A stretch of 64,000 nucleotides of DNA from an uncultured Gammaproteobacteria bacterium (GTDB taxonomy: Bacteria; Pseudomonadota; Gammaproteobacteria; DRLM01): contig CAVSNY010000003.1 in the NCBI GenBank assembly GCA_963729605.1, positions 320,001 through 384,000 of the forward strand, in the 5' to 3' direction. Below, piece after piece: positions 58,432 to 64,000 of this stretch. The notes beneath the pieces are model-generated. The model was not told where the DNA came from. It did not search any database and saw nothing but the letters and a program-made list of their open reading frames with translations. Every line of letters starts with the position of its first letter. Position 1 is the stretch's first letter. The translations under genes were made by a program, and so were the position numbers.

Positions 58432-60591
58432 TTAAAACATGGCCTGTAATCCGACGATGAATGCGCGGGGCTGACCAATGAAATAACGGTAATCGCCGAA
58501 GGCGAAATCGGCACGGTCGGCGTATTTTTCATCGGTCAGATTGGTGAGCCTGGCGGAGACTTCCAACTTGGGCGTGGGCCGAGTGGCCAGGCGCAGATGC
58601 AATAAATCATGGCCGGCGTAGCGGCGCTGGTTGGCCTCGTCTAGATAATATGGCCCGACGTGCACCCATTCGAGTTCGGCGCGGTGCGCGTCGCGGATAG
58701 CCCAGGCCAAACGGGTGGCGGTGATGATCCTCGGCGCTTGAGGGATGTCTTTGCCCTCTTCCATGAGGTCGTTGTCCGCATCGAATGAATGCACGGCGTA
58801 GGTACCGTTAAAGCCAAGCTCCAGCGTCGACGTGAATCGGTAGGCCATCGCCGTTTCGATGCCGTAATGGCGGGTGCGGCCGCCGTCGATCATGAAAAAA
58901 TTGGAATCGGGGAAGATGAAATTTTTCTTGCGCATGAAGAACAGCGCGGTATCGTATTGAAAAGCGCCGGTCTCGCCGCGGCCGCCGATTTCGAGACTGT
59001 CCAAACGCTCGCTATCGATGTCGGCGGTTTGCTGGCCGCGTTGTAAACGGTAAAGCTCGCTGGTCTGCGGCGCGCGAAAGCCGCGCGCGAGTTTGGCGTA
59101 GACCGATTGCGTCGGCGTCAAACGATAGCTGGCGCCCAGCTGCGGGCTGAGATTGCGAAAAACATCCTCGCGATCGGCCGGACGATTGTACAAACAGGGG
59201 TTGGGCGAGCAGGCTTGGCCTCGATCATCCACATTGCCCGGCGGCAACCGACTGGTGTAATCGTAACGAATGTAGTCGTAGCGCACTCCGCCGCTGGCAC
59301 GCAACTTAGGTGTGAACTGCCATTCGCCATGCACGAATGGCCCCACGCTAAGCGCATCCACGTCGTAATCATAATGTTTGCCTTGATAACGGTGAAAGCC
59401 GCTCACGGAATTGTCCGGGCCAGCTTGAATTTCCTCGAGCTCGCCGTGAGTAAATTCAAGGTCGGCGCCGGCCAGCAGGCGGTGTCCGCCGGCCCACTCG
59501 CGCTCCCACATCGCCTGCGTGCCGCCGCCGCCATGGGAATTTTTTTCGATGACATTGCCCGGCAACCAATGCATGGAAAATTCCATATCGTTGCGGCGCA
59601 CGTAAGGCGTGAGCCGCAGAACGCTTTGCTCGTCGAGATAATGTTGCCACTCGACGGCGCCGCGCAGACTCACCGCATCACGATAAGCCGAGGGATTGCC
59701 GTTTTGCCGGCTGAGCGCGCGGTCCCGGTAATTCTCGAAACCCTCCACGAACGCCCCAGGACTGTCTCTCAGATTCATGAGCGAGACGAGAGTCTTAATC
59801 CGACCGTCATCACGCGCGAGGTCGTGACGAAAAGTCAATTTCTGCTGCCGCAAGCCCGCATCGTTTTGAAATGCGCCACTGTCGGTGGCGAGGGCGTTGA
59901 GCCGCCAGCCCTGATCACCCTCGCTGTCGGAACCCGTCACTTTAAGCCGTTTGAAATCGAAATTTCCCGCTTCCAAAGCAACGCCGTATTCCGCCGTGCG
60001 CGAGGGCGGTTTGCTGAAGACGTTGACCAGACCGTGCAGTGCGTTGGAACCGTAATAGGCGCTGCCTGGCCCGCGCATGATTTCGATGGCGCCGGCTTGC
60101 TCGGTATTGATGCTGAACAGCTCGTTGACATTGCAGAAGCCGCGGCCGCTGACCGGGATGCCCTCTTCCATGAATAGAAATGCACCGCAGGCGCCCGGGC
60201 CGTTCAAGGACGGCGAGCGCAGCGCAGTGAGATGGCCGGCGGTGCCGGCGCTGCGAGTCAGCCACGCCCCCGGAACGCGCGCGGCGACTTCATCGATGTG
60301 CGGTGAACCGATCAACTCGAGTTCTGCGGATTCTACGCGCGTGGTATTGCCCGCCAGGTCGAGTAGCGTGCCCGCGCCGCGCGCCGGCGTCACCACCACG
60401 GGATCCATGAGGAAGGCGTCGTCCGCCACGGCGATCTGCGCGGTGAAAAAGATCAACAGAACCGCGCTTTCCATTCGCATAAATTGACTCGTTCTAGGAC
60501 TGATTCCGCGGATGCGGGGCTGGCTTCCGACCGTCAACTCACAGACCGCGTTTGCGCCGCCCGTGAGGATTGGGCGCACACGCGATAACAT
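58432..60591 (-). CDS. TonB-dependent receptor (true start may be near 60480)
   Basis: DPVVVT TonB box, IEIMRGPGSAYYGSNA plug, GFRAP, NLTDEKY, terminal F. Confidence 0.93.
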   Translation of the reverse strand: MLSRVRPILTGGANAVCELTVGSQPRIRGISPRTSQFMRMESAVLLIFFTAQIAVADDAFLMDPVVVTPARGAGTLLDLAGNTTRVESAELELIGSPHIDEVAARVPGAWLTRSAGTAGHLTALRSPSLNGPGACGAFLFMEEGIPVSGRGFCNVNELFSINTEQAGAIEIMRGPGSAYYGSNALHGLVNVFSKPPSRTAEYGVALEAGNFDFKRLKVTGSDSEGDQGWRLNALATDSGAFQNDAGLRQQKLTFRHDLARDDGRIKTLVSLMNLRDSPGAFVEGFENYRDRALSRQNGNPSAYRDAVSLRGAVEWQHYLDEQSVLRLTPYVRRNDMEFSMHWLPGNVIEKNSHGGGGTQAMWEREWAGGHRLLAGADLEFTHGELEEIQAGPDNSVSGFHRYQGKHYDYDVDALSVGPFVHGEWQFTPKLRASGGVRYDYIRYDYTSRLPPGNVDDRGQACSPNPCLYNRPADREDVFRNLSPQLGASYRLTPTQSVYAKLARGFRAPQTSELYRLQRGQQTADIDSERLDSLEIGGRGETGAFQYDTALFFMRKKNFIFPDSNFFMIDGGRTRHYGIETAMAYRFTSTLELGFNGTYAVHSFDADNDLMEEGKDIPQAPRIITATRLAWAIRDAHRAELEWVHVGPYYLDEANQRRYAGHDLLHLRLATRPTPKLEVSARLTNLTDEKYADRADFAFGDYRYFIGQPRAFIVGLQAMF

Positions 60592-60649
60592 CGCATGCCA
60601 TTAGCGCCGGATAGACACCGCACTGGCGCGCCATCTCGCCCGCACTTTT

Positions 60650-60943
60650 CTATGCCCGGTATTTACGTGCCAGCTTGAAGGCACGCCACACGGTAAACAC
60701 GCCGCTGCTCCAGGATAGCAGCTTACGGCGGCGCGGCCACCATCGCGGCCACCATAATGCCGCGCTCGCCGTCAGCAACAGACGATGGGAGCGAATCGCC
60801 TTGACCAACGCCAGTCCCATATCCACGATCCGCAACCGTTCCTGTATCCGCAAGGCGAGGTAGGACACTTCACTGCGCTGGGCTTCTGCTTGCGAGATCA
60901 AAAATTCGCGCCGCCGCCGTAGATATTCCTTTTTGGCGTTCAT
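60650..60943 (-). CDS. yqjK: YqjK-like protein
   Basis: L..RRE.L...E.QR motif; operon with yqjD/yqjE homologues. Confidence 0.75.
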   Translation of the reverse strand: MNAKKEYLRRRREFLISQAEAQRSEVSYLALRIQERLRIVDMGLALVKAIRSHRLLLTASAALWWPRWWPRRRKLLSWSSGVFTVWRAFKLARKYRA

Positions 60944-61329
60944 CAGCGCGTCAGATGTTCACGGTCCTTGTCGAGTTCCGCCAGGGTGGCGGCGAACAAG
61001 GGTGGTCGAGTCTTAAGTTTGTGGCGGATTATCAAGACCGCGATAATGCCCCCGGCCAGATAAAAAAACGCGAAGATCCCCAATACAGAAGGACCGGCGG
61101 TTTCCCAGAAGAGCGCGATGATGAACAGCGTCAGCAACAACAGGCCGAATCCGAGGAAAAATAACGACGCTACGCCATAGAGAATTAACTCCCGAAACCT
61201 GACTACTTCCTCTTCGATTTCCGTGGAAAGGAGTTCGCCTCGAGTATGCAGTATCTCGACGAAGGTCGCGACCAGCCGCCGCAATGACGCCAGCAGGCCG
61301 GACGCCGAACCGCTATCACCGTCGCTCAT
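60943..61329 (-). CDS. yqjE: YqjE / phage holin family membrane protein
   Basis: TR.EL...EIEEE, two TM helices, F.ATL.ELDKDR. Confidence 0.85.
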   Translation of the reverse strand: MSDGDSGSASGLLASLRRLVATFVEILHTRGELLSTEIEEEVVRFRELILYGVASLFFLGFGLLLLTLFIIALFWETAGPSVLGIFAFFYLAGGIIAVLIIRHKLKTRPPLFAATLAELDKDREHLTR

Positions 61330-61333
61330 GCAT

Positions 61334-61645
61334 TTAACGTCGCGAACTTAACATGCCGAGCAGGAACCCAACCGCGGTGCCTACGGCAACCGATTTCCAA
61401 GGATTCTCATGCACGAGTTCATCGGTGGCCTTGGCGGCCGCCCTGGTTCGCTCGACCAGCGTGCCTTCCACTTCGCTCAGCCTGCGGCGTGCCTCGCGCA
61501 GATTCTCCTCGGCGCGCGCCCGCACCGCGGTGATTTTATCGCCGGTCTGGCTGGCGGTGGCCTTGAGCAGCTCTTCCGCGTCTTGTATGACGACTTTGAA
61601 ATCTTCGACCAATTTATCTCGTGCGGCTTGAGTTTCTGTAGCCAT
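61334..61645 (-). CDS. yqjD: DUF883 / YqjD-ElaB family protein
   Basis: DAEELLKATA..ATDELVHENPWKSVAVG..VGFLLG..RR. Confidence 0.92.
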   Translation of the reverse strand: MATETQAARDKLVEDFKVVIQDAEELLKATASQTGDKITAVRARAEENLREARRRLSEVEGTLVERTRAAAKATDELVHENPWKSVAVGTAVGFLLGMLSSRR

Positions 61646-62025
61646 TGGGTATTCCTTTCTTTACGGGTGGGTTTGAAATTTTTACGTGGATTTGAAAATT
61701 AGGCACGTCGAAAATAGCGCGATCCGTCTGTCCTGCCGACCTATCAGTCGAGTTCGATGAAATGTCGGCACATGATTAAAGCTTAGTGCAGTGTAAACGG
61801 ATTTGCATCCCGGCGGGGATTCCATGCGGAATGAAGAAACGCGGGTCGCTGAATCACCGCGGACCGAATCCTTGGGCTAATTCCTCAATAACGTCCTATG
61901 GGATAGGGTGGCATAGCTGGCGTTCGATGACAAGTCATCCGATAAAATCGCGGGCGATTCGATAAGCGTCCCGCAGATACGGATCGTTTATGACCAGAAA
62001 AATATCGGGTAAACATCGCGTCGAT

Positions 62026-62847
62026 TTATCCATTGATTACCCGCGCCGGCCCGCTTTCAGCGGCCAGCCGGTCACGCATATGCAGCCCACTGCCGGCATG
62101 GCGGACCATGACGATTTCACCGATGATGCTGAGCGCGATCTCCTCCGGCGTGCGCGCGCCGAGATCGAGACCGGCCGGCGCCATGACGCGTGCCAGCGCG
62201 GTTTTATCGTAGCTTTCTTCGCGCAGATAATCCAATACCAGCCGCGAGCGTTTGCGGCTGGCGATCAAAGCGATGTAGCCGGCCTGCGAATCCAGCGCCC
62301 GTTTCATCGACTCATGATCGCCCTTGTGCTGAGTGGCGATCACCACGAAGTCATTGGCCGACGGCGTGAGCTGCGAGTAATTGATGTCGTTGGTGATTAG
62401 ACGCGCCGCGGCGGGATAACGCTCACGATCGGCCAGGGTATCGTTGACCACCACGCTCAACTGCATCATGTCCCCCAGCGCGCACAGGCACTCGGCGACG
62501 CGGCCGTGGCCCATGATCCACAAGGTGGGTTTGGGCAACACCGGCTCGACGTAGACCCGCATACTGCCGCCGCAGGGCATGCCCGCGCCCAGCACCTCGT
62601 CGTTCAAATCGATGTCGATCACCGTGGTCCGGCCGCTCTTCATGCATTCCAAGGCGGTGTGACAGGCGGTGGATTCGGCGCAACCGCCGCCCACCCAGCC
62701 GGCCACCACCCGCCCGTCTTGATCGATCACCGCCTTGGCCCCGGTCTTGGCCGAGGCCGAACCCGCGGTCTCGATCACCGTGGCCACGGCGAACGGTTCA
62801 TGTTTGGCCCGCATCTCCACCAATACATCGAATATCTCTTTTGCCAT
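62026..62847 (-). CDS. XdhC/CoxI family molybdoenzyme accessory protein
   Basis: GWVGGGCAE, MPCGG, YIALIASRKR, PAGLDLGARTPEEIALSI. Confidence 0.92.
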   Translation of the reverse strand: MAKEIFDVLVEMRAKHEPFAVATVIETAGSASAKTGAKAVIDQDGRVVAGWVGGGCAESTACHTALECMKSGRTTVIDIDLNDEVLGAGMPCGGSMRVYVEPVLPKPTLWIMGHGRVAECLCALGDMMQLSVVVNDTLADRERYPAAARLITNDINYSQLTPSANDFVVIATQHKGDHESMKRALDSQAGYIALIASRKRSRLVLDYLREESYDKTALARVMAPAGLDLGARTPEEIALSIIGEIVMVRHAGSGLHMRDRLAAESGPARVING

Positions 62848-62868
62848 GACACATCACCTCGTTAGGCA

Positions 62869-63492
62869 TTACGACGCGGCGGTCCGCGCGGGGACTTCCG
62901 CCAAGCGCCGTTGCAGCTGCCGGTAATCTTCAGGCGTATCCAGATCGACAACGAAATGATCGTTGTCCATCGCCACCGTGGTGACCAACTCCGGGTTGTT
63001 CTCGATGAGTTTTTTGCAGCCCAGATTGCGTCCGCCGCCGAGTATTTGTTCGCGCTGGGCGGCGGCCAATACGATGGGATTGCCGCGCCGGCCCTGATAA
63101 GTCGGCACCAGAATGGCGCCGCCGCTTCGCGTGTAAGCGTCGATCAGCGCGTCGATGTCCCGGGAGGTGAGCAAAGGCTGATCCGTGAGGCAGATCATCA
63201 CGCCGTCGCACGGGCGCGACAACGCCTCCAAACCGCGATGCACCGAACTCATCTGACCTTCGCGGTACTCGGCGTTGTATATCGTTCGCACTTCCAACCC
63301 TTGCAATACACTCCTCGCCTCCTCCATCTCATGACCGAGCACCACCACCAGTTCGGTCAAGCGCGAGGCCTGTAAGGTGAGCACGGTGCGGCGTAGCAGC
63401 GGCTGGCCGTCTACCGGCAGCACCATCTTGTTAACCCCTCCCATGCGCCGGGACTCACCCGCTGCCAACAAAATACCCGACACCGCGCTCAT
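62869..63492 (-). CDS. mocA: Molybdenum cofactor cytidylyltransferase-like NTP transferase
   Basis: LLAAGESRRMG..K, GQMSS, DQP, RGNP, DLDTPEDY. Confidence 0.85.
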   Translation of the reverse strand: MSAVSGILLAAGESRRMGGVNKMVLPVDGQPLLRRTVLTLQASRLTELVVVLGHEMEEARSVLQGLEVRTIYNAEYREGQMSSVHRGLEALSRPCDGVMICLTDQPLLTSRDIDALIDAYTRSGGAILVPTYQGRRGNPIVLAAAQREQILGGGRNLGCKKLIENNPELVTTVAMDNDHFVVDLDTPEDYRQLQRRLAEVPARTAAS

Positions 63493-64000
63493 TGACCCGC
63501 CTTCAAAAATCGTTCCGGTTCTTTTTCAAAACTGTGTTTGCAACCGGCGCAGCAAAAGTAATAAGTGTCGCCGGCATAGACGCTGCGATGTTCGGCGCTC
63601 GCCGTCGCCACGCTCATGCCGCACACCGGATCGATGACCTCCACCGCTTGCGTCTTGGCGCCGCCGCAACAACCGGCCGCCGCGGCGGCCTGCACCGGCG
63701 CCGCTGTTTTCACCGGCTGCGGCGGCACCGCGGCCACACCGGCGCGGCGCGCCTGCACCACGCCCGCCAATACCGACAGCGCGATCTCCTCCGGCGTGAC
63801 GGCGCCGATCTCGACACCCGCCGGCGACATAATCGCGGCGATCCGCGCGGCGTCGTGGCCGCGTTCATTGAGGTATTGTTTGAGTTTTCCGGCCTTGCGC
63901 TCGCTGGCGACGAAGGCGATGTAGTTCGCGCCGGTGGCCAGCGCGGCCTCCAGTCCTTCCTCGTCGCGTTTGCCCTGGGTGGCGACCACCACGAAATTCG
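63489..64000 (-). CDS. XdhC family protein with C-terminal YHS domain (5' end outside the window)
   Basis: IGAVTPEEIALS then DPVCGM..YYFCCAGCK..F..EP. Confidence 0.9.
   Translation of the reverse strand, partial: NFVVVATQGKRDEEGLEAALATGANYIAFVASERKAGKLKQYLNERGHDAARIAAIMSPAGVEIGAVTPEEIALSVLAGVVQARRAGVAAVPPQPVKTAAPVQAAAAAGCCGGAKTQAVEVIDPVCGMSVATASAEHRSVYAGDTYYFCCAGCKHSFEKEPERFLKAGQ

Noticed and set aside
60943-61329. Holin-family gene as the eCIS lysis gene
   Set aside because: It is part of the conserved chromosomal yqjDEK cluster, about 18 kb from the eCIS

Overview
GC-rich gammaproteobacterial-type chromosomal window. 1-12 kb: housekeeping genes (Hsp20, TauE, Sel1, rsd, relA) and a sigma54-controlled cyanate uptake/cyanase operon. 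12-43 kb: an apparently complete minus-strand extracellular contractile injection system (eCIS) with its own sigma54 promoter and sensor-less activator, a PA14 domain inserted in a baseplate protein, a DUF4157 protein with a transglutaminase-like C-terminus, and a C1 peptidase. Its gaps are filled with CCCTCTCCC/GGGAGAGGG palindromes and are bridged by small coupled ORFs. 44.1-46.0 kb, the best novelty candidate: a 1.8-kb element between a dif-type Xer site and a degenerate partner site. It encodes a XafT-like (HTH+DUF3653) protein and no full Rep or capsid genes, but carries three different tandem Ff/M13-like rolling-circle origin modules, suggesting a multi-origin inovirus satellite. Next come a RAYT remnant, an IS3, an IS1111-type IS110 inserted into a REP, a teneurin-like RHS toxin/immunity pair, a TonB receptor, yqjDEK and xdhC/mocA genes. 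Several single-base frameshifts look like sequencing errors. All calls are by eye; no searches were run.
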